A stretch of 64,000 bases of DNA from Hypanus sabinus (taxonomy: Eukaryota). Below the pieces are notes generated by a model that saw nothing but the letters and a program-made list of their open reading frames with translations, was not told the DNA's origin and made no database searches. The translations under genes and the position numbers were made by a program. Where the stretch lies: contig NC_082709.1 of assembly GCF_030144855.1 (NCBI RefSeq), forward strand, positions 111,786,001-111,850,000. Direction: 5' to 3'. Positions 29,074 through 39,896 of this stretch are shown here, in pieces (position 1 is the stretch's first letter; every line of letters begins with the position of its first letter).

Positions 29074-30847
29074 AGATAGCATGCAAAAGTTTGGACACCC
29101 CTGGTCAATATTTCTGTAACTGGATAGCTAAGTGAGTAAAAGCTGACCTGATTTCCAAAAGGCATAAAGTTAAAGATGACTCATTTCTTTAATGTTTTAA
29201 GCAAGATTACTTTTTTATTTCCATCTTTTACAGTTTCAAAATAACAAAAAAGGAAAGTGGCCTGAAGCAAAAGTTTGGGCACCCTGCATGGTCAGTACTT
29301 AGTAACATCTCCTTTGGCAAGTATCACAGCTTGTAAATGCTTTTTGTAGCCAGCTAAGAGTCTTTCAACTCTTGTTTGGGGGATTTTCACCCATTCTTCC
29401 TTGCAAAAGGCTTCTAGTTCTGTGAAATTCTTGGGCTGTCTTGCACTGCTCTTTTGAGGTCTATCGAAAGATTTTCGATGATGTTTAGGTCGGGGGACTG
29501 TGAGGGCCATGGCAAAACCTTCAGCTTGCGCTTCTTGAGGTAGTCAATTGTGGATTTTGAGGTGTGTTTAGGATCCTTATCCTGTTGTAGAAGTCATCCT
29601 CTGTTCATCTTCAACTTTTTTTTTTTACAGACGACGTGACGTTTGCTTCCACAATTTGCTGGAATTGAATTCGTTCTTCCCTCTACCAGTGAAATGTTCC
29701 CCATGCCATTGACTGCAACACAAGCCCAAAGCATAATTGATCCACCCCCGTGCCAAAAAGTTCTATTTTAACTTCTTCAGTTCGCAGGACTTGTTTCCAA
29801 GATGCATCAGGCTTGTTTAGATGCTCCTTTGCAAACTTCTGACGCTGAATTTTGGCCACAGTGAGCAAAGGTATGTTTGGAGAAACAAGGGTGCTGAACT
29901 TCATGAAAAGAACACCTCTCCAACTGTTAGGCATAGGGGTGGATCGATCATGTTTTGGGCTTGTGTTGCAGCCAGTGGCACAGAGAACATTCCTCTGGTA
30001 GAGGGAAGAATGAATTCAATTAAGTACCAGCAAATTCTGGAAGCAAACATCGCATCGTCTGTAAAAAAAAAAGTTGAAGATGAAAAAAGGATGGCTTCTA
30101 CAACAGGATAAGGATCCTAAACACACCTCAAAATCCACAGTGGACTACCTCAAGAGGCACAAACTGAAGGTTTTGCCATGGCCCTCACGTCTAAACATCA
30201 TCGAAAACCTGTGGATAGACCTTAAAAGAGCAGTGCATGCAAGACGGCCCAAGAATCTCACAGAACTAGAAGCCTTTTACAAGGAAGAATGGGTGAAAAT
30301 CCCCCAAACAAGGATTGATAGACTCTTAGCTGGCTCCATAAAGTGTTTACAAGCTGTGATACTTGCCAAAGGGGATGTTACTAAAGGCTGATTTATACTT
30401 GTGCAGCACATTTATGCTGTAGTTGTTGCGTACCCTATGCTGTACCCTACACAGTCTGTGTCTCTCACAAAGAAACTCAGTGGCATAGAAACCCCACTGC
30501 CAACTAACATTCTGGCGCACACCAACACATGCTCGCTATGGTGTAGAGCAACACAGAAGTGAAAACCAGGGCTACAGCGTAGGCTGCGGTGTACCCCATA
30601 TGCACAGTATAAATAAGTCTTAAGTACTGACCATGCAGGGTGCCCAAACTTTTGCTTCGGGCCCTTTTCCTTTTTTGTTATTTTGAAACTGTAAAAGATG
30701 GAAACAAAAAAAGTAATCTTTCTTAAAACATTAAAGAAATGTGTCACCTTTAACTTTATGCCTTTTGGAAATCAGGTCATCTTTTACTTAGCAATTCACA
30801 GTAACAGAAATTTTGACCAGGGGTGCCCAAACTTTTGCATGCCACTG
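29074..30847. mobile_element. Palindromic Tc1/mariner derivative (two transposase 3' halves in inverted orientation)
   Basis: Long TIRs. The same C-terminal peptide (ELEAF.KEEWVKIPQTR...VILAKGDVTK) occurs on - at 29292-29510 and on + at 30074-30391. Confidence 0.85.
30385..30620. mobile_element. PIF/Harbinger-type MITE inserted in the Tc1 derivative
   Basis: TIRs AGGCTGATTTATACT.TGTGCA; TAA TSD at 30382-30384 and 30621-30623. Confidence 0.7.
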
Positions 30848-31141
30848 TACAGCTGGAGACAAAGAAACATCTGTTAGTTACTGCATTATATACTCTAATC
30901 AAGGCTTCTCCACCTTGGGTTGCGCAAGGTAGTGCAGTTGGTTTGGTACTTTACAAGGCCAGTGATTTCTGTTGCGGTCTGTGAATTCTTGAAGCATGGC
31001 AACATTTGCAGGCTGCCTCCAGCACATCCTCAAGCTGTGTTGGTTATTGACACAAGCAACACATGTCATTGTATGTGTTGATGTACATGTGACAAATAAA
31101 ACTTTCTTATCACAAACGTGAGAAAATCTGGAAATGCTGGA

Positions 31142-31857
31142 TGTCTAGGTCGGTCTGATGGGGTTCAACCAAATAGGAAAGTTGGGATGTGCCAGTGAAT
31201 GGAACCTCGATTTGAGAGAATGTTGTGTAAATACAGCCCATAAACAATTATTAGTTGGCAAGAAATAGCACCGCATGAAATTATAAAGGAAGTATATTTG
31301 TCAATTTCAGCTTACAGTTAATAGGGAAAAGAAAAGGACTGTTAACAGTTAAACCAGTCCAATGTGCACATAAGTGTTGGTGCTTATACTAGAATAAGCG
31401 GGGTGTATCCCTTACTCACATGCTGGGCCCACAGTCTGAGTGAAAGCACCCACTACATTCCAAACTTCCCTCGGAGTCCATCTCGATCTAACTGACTCTC
31501 TCTCAGGAGTATTGGCCCTTCCTCCTTGGAGCCATTCATCTGCAAAAAACACTTCTTGCAACAGGGACTCCTTCCAGTGGCATTCTGTGGAATCTGCCCT
31601 TCTGTTCTGCTCCGCAACTCCCACCAAAAGACCCCAAACTAAACAACTGTCCTTCAGAGAACCCTTCCCCACAGCTCTCTAGACTTCTTTCCCATCCCAC
31701 GATCCTGATTGGCTGACACACATTCCTAAATTGGACAACATGTCTCCTTAGCTGAAGTCAAAGCCTACTTCCCAGCATGGCATACTGCCTTCACAGAAAA
31801 CTACTGATATAAACCATCTCACAGCTTAGCAGTGGAAATCTTAACCAGGGCATTACA
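31142..31857 (-). mobile_element. Probable LTR (solo, or the 3' LTR of the older ERV)
   Basis: Begins TGTAATG on the minus strand and has a candidate CA end; abuts the truncated env of the older ERV. No TSD or partner LTR found; left boundary uncertain (31142 or 31226). Confidence 0.45.
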
Positions 31858-31899
31858 CAGTAAATTTTGTTAAAGCCTATCAGGACAAATATTATGACT

Positions 31900-34800
31900 C
31901 GTAATGTTGAGTAATCCCAGTTTCCTAGACTTAATTGAATCTAGTCAAAGAAATCCCATCCATCGGATTGACCTATTTTACCTACTGCTTGATAAATGTG
32001 ATCAGCCAAATCAGTTACTTTTAATCTGTCTGTATATTCCGTGCAACATCATAAAATGGGAATTAAATCAATGCAAAATGAGCTACTTTTCAAATTTCTC
32101 GTTTAGTTTCAGACTCGGGAAGTAAAGTCTGTGTGGAAGAGAGGTGTATGCCTCATTTTCACACGTAAAGTACATATTGTTCCATGAATTTAGACCACTT
32201 CTTAATACTTAACAGGAACCTTGTTGAACTGCAATATTTTTCTTCTGTATATTGTCAACAAAAATTTCAGTCATTATCCCCTTTAGTTAAAATATAAAGT
32301 GTAACTGCATGAGCTATGCCCAACCGTAACTCAAACAAAAGGTAGTTTTTATAGTGAACACATGAAAAGATCCAATAACTTTATCATGAACCTTAGATGT
32401 AGTATAGAGATATCCTAGGAAAAACATGAGTAGGGTCAGATATGATGTGATTCCTTATATCATGCTGATTATATTTACATAAATGATCTAGTTCAAGATG
32501 ACAATGCGGGGGCCATGATCATTGCATATTTATGTCTCCCTTGAGAATAATGAATTATAGGCATAATGGATTGTGATAATGAATTTCGCTTACAGAAGTT
32601 CATTCTGTATCTGCAGGAATGTCTAGCATTGAACATTTTAGAGTGTATATGAAATGTTCAAAGCCTCTGTTAGTCTCGATAGACCATGGATTTGCACCTT
32701 GAAAAGTTTCCAGGGCACTAGCCTGGGCAAGGTTTTTTTTAATGGAAGGCCGGCAGTTTCCCAAGCTGCAAATCTCCCCTCTCCACGCCACCAATGTTGT
32801 CCAAGGGAAGGACATTAGAGAGTATATATTGACATACCCAATTACTAGAGGCATTAATGGCATCAGTAAATTCATGTGATACTCACAACTATGTATTACA
32901 AATCATCTCAATTGGCACATTGTGAGTAGGAAAAATTGGCAAAAATATAACAGTAGCAAATAATAGAATAAACTTCATAATTTCCAGTAACTGTCGACTG
33001 TAGTCTTCTGGCTGATTAGTGATTTGCTCACTGAAGCCCAGTAGCATAGAGCTTACTAGCACATTAACCATGGCACTTCTTGTCCTCGTCAAATTCCACT
33101 TTAGCTCACTTCCAGTGACTGGCATGTATCCATTTATTTTACCTTCTAATTGAGCTTCTAGTGGCTGGTTATGAGATTTTTAATCAGGAATCACTCACCA
33201 GAAATCAAGATGTGTCCACCTTCTGTTGGATCACCCCAAGTCACAGAAGCCTATTGAGAAGCAGACTGGACAGCTTGGGTTAATTTGGGTTGATGCGTAT
33301 ATCAGCCTCTCTGAGATTGAGGGCTCCCAGCAGTAACATATTTCCCTGTTACTATCCTGAATGGCCAGTTTAATTTTCTTGTTTGGGGTTGCTCTGAAAC
33401 AACTTAAGAACCATAGGAAGAGCTGTAGGCCATGGTGCCTTCTTCATGATACTTAGTTGTTGTTTTATGATTTCATTCATTCGACCTGTTCTAATGATTG
33501 GGAGTTGTGGACAATGAAAAGACCATTCAATTTTCAGCAGGCAGCATAATTCCTGACAAACACTCCCAGTGAAAATTGTTCTTTGGTCAGAGTCAGTGTG
33601 ATACGGCAATCCCTGTCTTGGAATGTAGTCAATGATCAGACTTTTTGCTGTAAGTGTGACGGTAGTATTCCTTGCTGGAATAGCTACCACCTGTCTTGAA
33701 AACTTGTCCACTATCATCAGTACATCCACGTATCCTTGACATTTGGCAAAGTAAAAGTAAAAATGGATCAGATGGGACATGAGCACTTAATTGTGGTAGC
33801 TTTTCTGTTGCTCCAGGATTTGTTTTCAGGCATGTCATGCATCCTTCAAAAGTTTGTCAAGCTTGTACCTTGAACTTTGGATTCCATCATCATTATTTCC
33901 ACTCTAGTGTGTCCTAGGGAGTGCCAGGTAAGAGAGCAATATAGTTAGAGCTACTAGTCTATGACTAGTGCCATATCTCCATGCTCCATCATTGTTTAAT
34001 TTCCCACCATTCTCCATACAGAACAACTTTTCCCAGTTAGAACAATGAGCTTGCAACTCTTGAGCATCTTGTCCAGCTTCATTTCCATAATTTCAGTTAT
34101 TGCATTCACTGTCCTCTGTACTTACATTAATTCTTTGACTTTTTAAAAAACTTTTATTTCCTTCACTTTTTTCTGTTCTGCTCTGTTTACATGTTCATCC
34201 GTGAATACATTTCCACAGCTTTCTGTTGTATCATTTTGGAGCAGCTTTTACATTTTAATAAAACAACTTCAAATGGCAATTGTATGGCATCCATTAGTTC
34301 TTGCACCAGTTGACAATTCTTGTTTGGAGTTTATATAGCTGTGAGAAAACCTCCTTGTCTCCAAAGTTTCCAAAATAATGAACTACTCCAAAAGCATCTC
34401 GAGAATCAGTGTAGCTGATCTTCCTTCTGCCACCTTAAAGGCTTCAATTAGAGCTTTCATTCTGCCTGTTGTGTAGAGGTATCAGGAGCCATTTTTCCTG
34501 ATGCCAGCACTTCTGTGTTGGAAAGAACAGTCCATCCAGCCATTCGGATTCTTCCCTCAATTGTTGAGGAGTCATCAGTGTACAGAAGCAGATCTTTGAC
34601 AGGATAATAACTCTGGACACCACGGTAGCACAGCAGTCAGCGTGATGCTATAACATTTCAGGGCATTGGCATGTAGAGTTCAATTTCAATGTCATCTGTA
34701 GGAAGCTTGTGCGTCCTCCCCGTGGAATGTACAGGTTTTGCCCGGGTGCTCCAGATTCCTCCCACAGTCCAAAGATGTACCAAGTAGATTGATTGGTCAC

Positions 34801-37800
34801 TGTAAATTGTTGCATGGTTCGACTGGCATTAAATCAGGGTGGGGGGTGCAGCTCAAAGGACCAGAGAGTTAATTCCATGCTATGTTGCTAGCTAAATAAA
34901 TAAATAACCAACTTGACGCTGTCAGTCACACACACAAAAGAAAATCTGCAGATGCTGGAAATCCAGAGCAACACACACAATGCTGGAGTAACTCAGCAGG
35001 CCAGGCAGCATCTATGGAAAAAAACTAAACAGTTGTTGTTTCAGGACGAGACCCTTCATCAGGGAAAGGAGGCAGACTAAGGAGGATGTGATAATGGAGG
35101 AATCAGTACAAAGTGCACGTGTTAGTTGACACCAGGAGAGGGGGAGGGATTAAGTAAAGAGCTAGGAAGTTGATTGGTAAAAGAGATAAATGGCTGGAGA
35201 AGGGGGAATCTGATAGGAGCTGACAGAAGACTATGGAAGAAAGGGAAGGGGGAGGAGCACCAAAGGGAGGTAATAACAGCTGAGGAGAGAAGGTGAGAGA
35301 GTGAAATGGGATTGGAGAATGGTGGGGTGGGGGGAGCAATTACCAGAAGTTTGAGAAATCAGTGCTCATGCCATCGGGTTGTAGGCTACCCAGACAGTAT
35401 ACAAGGTATTGCTCCTTCTTACTGAGTGTGGCTCATCATGGCAGTAGAGGAGACCAAGGACTGACATGTTGGAATAGGAATGGGAAGTAGAATTGTAGGA
35501 TGGCCACCAGGAAATCCTGCTTTTTGTGGCGGATGGAGCTAAAGGTGCTTGACAAGTGGTCTCGTGATTTACATTGGGTCTCACTGATTTACAGGTGTAT
35601 ATCCTGTATTGGATACAGTAGATCAGTGGTCCCCAACAGACTTGCAGGTGAAGTGTAGCTTCACCTGCAAGAACTGTTTGGGGCCTAAATCATAGTGAGG
35701 AAGGTGATGTAGGGGCAGGTGTGGCACTTGTTCTGCTTGCAAGGATAGGAGATCAGTGGGTGGGACGAGTGGGCAAGAGAATTGTGTTATGAGTGATCCT
35801 TATGGAAAGTGTGGGGATTGGGTGACAATGTGCTTGGTGATGGCTTCCCATTGGAGGTGGCAGAGGTTATGGAGAATTATGTGCTGGGTGTGAAGGCTTA
35901 TGGGTTTCGTAGGTTGTCGGTCTCCATGTTCTTGAGTTAAGAATGCCATCATGTTATTTGATGTTGACATATAGGGTAAATGTATCAGGGATTCCTAATG
36001 CAGGTGCAGAACACAATATCACCTTTAAGGTTTGTAAAGCTTTCAGTTTTTCATTAGGAATCATAGGGTCGTTTAGGCGCTTACTCAGTGTGTATTGTTG
36101 AGTAGTTGGACAATTTCAGCATATGAATTGATCCATGCTCTGTTGTAGTTATGCAAACCCAGAAATGATCAGAGTTGCTGGACTGTTGTAGGTGGCTTTG
36201 CCGATTTAATGGCTTTTGTACGATCCTCAGTGGTTTCCTCATTACCTTGAGAAATTTTCTGTCTCAAGTCAATTACTTGTTGCAATTGTGCCTTGTCTAG
36301 ATTTGCTTGGAGGATTGATAATTGAGCAAATAAAGCACATCATGTTCATGCTGGTTGTGCAGCATTGGATGAAATCAGGACATCATCCACTACATATTGT
36401 ATAATAGTCAAATTAATGGCTAGCAAGTCCCTGAGGTGTTGCCACAAGATCATGTGATGGACAGTGGGACTATTGTGGAGCCTCGTCCACTGGTATTGGT
36501 GACCATCATCTTGAAAGCCAATCAGTTGGCATTCAGATGCCAGTGGCACAGAGCAGGATCCATTGGCCATATCAATAAATGTAAACCAATTGTGTGATGG
36601 TTTCAGATCACTGAAAATAGTTGATGAATCAGCCACTAGAGAGGTTAGTTTGTCCACACATTGTCTATCAACCTGGTGATCCACGGCAGTCTCCTTTCAT
36701 AGGTTCCATCTTCAGTCCTGTGTGCGTTCACTCCCTTCTCTATTGGAGTCAGCCTTGCATGACTGCCAACCTATTGTTTCATCACTGTCATCCTCTCCTG
36801 AGTTCACCAGAGAACGCTGTAAAGTCCATGTTCTATCCATCCTGTACTTCCTCGGAGTGACGCTGTCTCAGAGGACTGACCAGCAAAGGGGGTGTTTCCC
36901 AAGAAGTGTCAATGGCAGGACTAGAGGTCCTTGCTGTGCTTTCTCATACTGTTTCAGTTTGCTTCTTCACTCTGTTCAATGACCTTCAATTCAATTTCAC
37001 TTGTTTTCCTCTTGTTCATTATGCAGCTGGCATTTAGGGCAGTAAGGAAGGTCCTCCATCTCTTTCCCCGTCATGTCAGCAGCCTCCTCTTGATTTTCAC
37101 CACTGGCAGTCTTGCAAGTTCCGAGTGGAGAGCCAGGAACAGCGTTGCACCCGGATGTAGTAAGAGTTTTGTTTGACTAGTCAGGGTTGTTGGTGCTGAA
37201 CTGAACCACTGAATCTGGAGGACCAGTGGACCACTCTTTTGTCTGGCCTCTACGCTTTGACCTGTTTGGCAAAGGTGACTCTAGCAGGAGCCAAAGCTCA
37301 TTCACACATTCGACCAAGTTGTCCACGTGCTTGTATCTTTAACTCACACCTTCCAGTCTGTTCCTATATCCCTCAGGCATTCTCTGGATCTTATCACATG
37401 CCTTTTTAATAAATTTAATGTTGGTTGTATTTTTCTGGATTTTTTTCATTAATCTTATCAAACTGAGGTTTTATTCAGGTAAGCACTCAAACCCTCAGTC
37501 AACATGTAACTGTAGATTCTGTAATAGGTTTCACCACTTAAGCCAATGTCTTAATTCAATCTCATGTAACATTTAATTTGTATATACTTTGTATCACTAG
37601 TACTGTGATCTGAAGTATTATTGGCTTGAAATATTGCAACTAAAGTTTTGTAGGATTGCTTCAAAATCTTTATAGGACTGCAGTCTAAATCTTATTAGGT
37701 TGCAACCAAAATTTTAGTTTTGCAGTTAATATTTTAGAAATAAAAGCAAAATGAAATTTTGTAGACTTACAATAGATATTTTATATTTGAGCACAATATT

Positions 37801-38155
37801 AATCTTAATGCTTTTTTGTTAACAGATCTATATTTTTCCCAGAAGAGCATAGTAGTTTCCGCACTCTTAAACCTCTACTAGATGGCATATTAAGGAAAAC
37901 TAAGCAGTTTTCTCAGACAAATTGGAATTTATGGAGGAAGCTCTTGCCCCCTTTTAAGTTTACTTTGGGATTCTTTGAGTCCTAAGATCTTTGCAACCAT
38001 CCTTGCTGACTATGCCAAATTGTTGGATTCTACAAGTTTTTGATCTGAAATTCTTCTGGAAGTCAAGAATGAGACATAAAACTGGTTGCTTCAAGAGAGT
38101 CGCGACAAGAGGTGATGATGAGGAAGGAGAACATAGAGAAGAAAAAAAAGATGAC
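31900..38155 (-). mobile_element. Old, heavily decayed endogenous retrovirus (ERV-B): pol (RT, RNase H, IN) and gamma-type env remnants, interrupted by SINE, Penelope and RTE insertions
   Basis: RT: FIDMANG...HNSPT...IIQYV-DDVLI (36346-36684). RNase H: LYTD and YTDS-like motifs (~34300-34600). IN: CLKTNPG, IVDKFSR, DSDQ, WSFHCP (33370-33838). env: signal peptide MKFILLFATVIF (ATG 32978), WVC, TVGHSSC, YFTCENEAYTSLP. The upstream (gag-side) boundary is uncertain. Confidence 0.75.
34925..35905 (-). mobile_element. Penelope-like element inserted in ERV-B pol
   Basis: Collinear with the other GIY-YIG copies; splits the RT-tether region from RNase H. Confidence 0.75.
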
Positions 38156-38160
38156 TCCTA

Positions 38161-38640
38161 TGTTGTGATGGAAAATAACTGGTTCTTTGAGTCTCAACAG
38201 TAGAGGTCTGGACACACACAGTTTTAATAATAAGGAATTTATTTACAAGGGGAAGTCGGCTCAACACAAGCAACTACAATACACAGAAAGCGGTGTGGGG
38301 ACAGGGTACGGTTACACAAACAAAGAACAAGGGAAAAGCACTACGACAGCTATCCCCCTTGACCTTGGATAGCTGCGGCTCCCTTAACAGGACAAACGAT
38401 AGACCTTCCCAAGCATAAATCAATGCACTTACCTCCAATGTGATGGTCTGTAAGAGAGGGCTAGCCAAGGGCAAGTCTCAACTTTTAAAGCATGGGGCTG
38501 GGCGAGTTAATCCAATTAGGGTGACCAATAATTTAGGTGTGCATTGATTGGTTGGGAGGGACCAAATGTTGATTGGCATGTGGTGTGTCCTCCGACCAAC
38601 CAGCAGTGCATCTGTCACATGGCCGGTATCCCTGGATACA
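38161..38640 (-). repeat. ERV-A 3' LTR
   Basis: About 93-94% identical to 44741-45223 by manual count (~30 substitutions and one indel); preceded on the minus strand by the PPT AGGGGTGGAG (38650-38641). Confidence 0.95.
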
Positions 38641-38752
38641 CTCCACCCCTCGGAAGACGCACCACGTAGCCAACACACATAAGATGGTGGAACAAAATCA
38701 CATATACCAGAAATAACCAATTTTGAGCAGCTAAGTAAATGCAGAGACACAC

Positions 38753-39856
38753 TTAAATCAGCTGGCATGCGCAACATAGTATAGAAGTGGCTATGAGTGC
38801 GATGGACCAGTGAATGACAGTTGCCCACCACCCCCCTAGGGACCCAGAAGGCCACCTTTTTTTTTGGAGCTGGTCCCTTGATTTTTGAATTTTAGCCACC
38901 GAGTCCCGAATGTGAGCGGCCAAGTGAGTGATGTTGCTGGACTCATCAGGGATAAAGGTACAGCATTCCTTACTGCACACGTTCCACCATCAGCAGCGAG
39001 TAGGTAGTCCAGTGCCATTCGCTTCTGCAGGGCGACCATCCTGACAGCTGTCAGTTCTGCCGCCGTTCGGGTGAGGGCATCTTCCGTGTGTTGCAGTGCC
39101 ACTGCCGTCTCGTTGGCCAGAGTCTCGAGCACACTGGTCATCTGGATCACCTCCCGGGACAGGCTATCATCCAGAACCTCTGCCTCTGTAATGGCCCTCT
39201 TGTCCCGGTGGCTGCTGTACGATGCTCCCCAAGGTCGTTCAGGGGGTGGATGAAGGGCACCACATATGCTGGAAAGCAGCAGCCGTACCAGCTCATGGGG
39301 AGCCACGGGTAGGCGCGGTGGCCGCAGATCCAGTGGGTCCTGTTTAGAGTCCAGGGAGCTCCCAGCTTAGCGGCATCGTCGGCAGTTGTCACTGGGGCAT
39401 CTGGGTACCAGTTTCGCTGACAGTTGCTGTGACCAACGGAAAAGTTAGAAGTGTGCGCATTGCGGAGTCTGCACCAGCATTCGTTGGGTATACTCAGTGG
39501 CTGTGGAATAACTCTGAGGGTGGGGACTCGGGTGGAGGTCAAATTGTAGGGAGGGAAATACCAGTTCCTGAAGCACCCACCCCATCGGGGGGTCAAGGGA
39601 CGAGATGTTGTGTAGTGGGAGGCGAGTTGTGGGGGACTGCCAGCAGGGCCCCCCAAACAGATATACCAAAACCAGCAGGGGCAAACAGTCTGTGTAAACT
39701 GTTCATCTCATTGTCATCCAGCGGGGTCGGCGTGTGCTGGGGCCCACAAGCAGATGTGTTGCTGGCAAACTTGTAAGCAATCCCAAGGAAGGTGTTGGCA
39801 GCTGTCACGGAGCCGAACATCGCAGTGACCAGGAGGGATGACTGGAGTCGCACCAT
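38753..39856 (-). pseudogene. env: ERV-A env, gamma-type (frameshifts and small deletions)
   Basis: Signal peptide MVRLQSSLLVTAMFGSVTA; WICGHRAYPWLP; furin site RDKR; ISD LQKRMALDYLLAADGGTC; broken CX6CC (CAV..KECC); hydrophobic TM. Splice acceptor CTCTACAG lies 4 nt upstream of the ATG. Confidence 0.88.
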
Positions 39857-39896
39857 TGTCCTGTAGAGGGGGGCGGGGGTAGGTGTAGGAGGATAC

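Noticed and set aside
31900-38155. ERV-B as a lokiretrovirus
   Set aside because: Some RT/IN motifs are suggestive, but the env remnants are gamma-type rather than paramyxovirus-F-like; classification is left to phylogeny.
38753-39856. Domesticated syncytin-like env
   Set aside because: Several frameshifts and deletions, including in the fusion peptide and CX6CC; no intact ORF.
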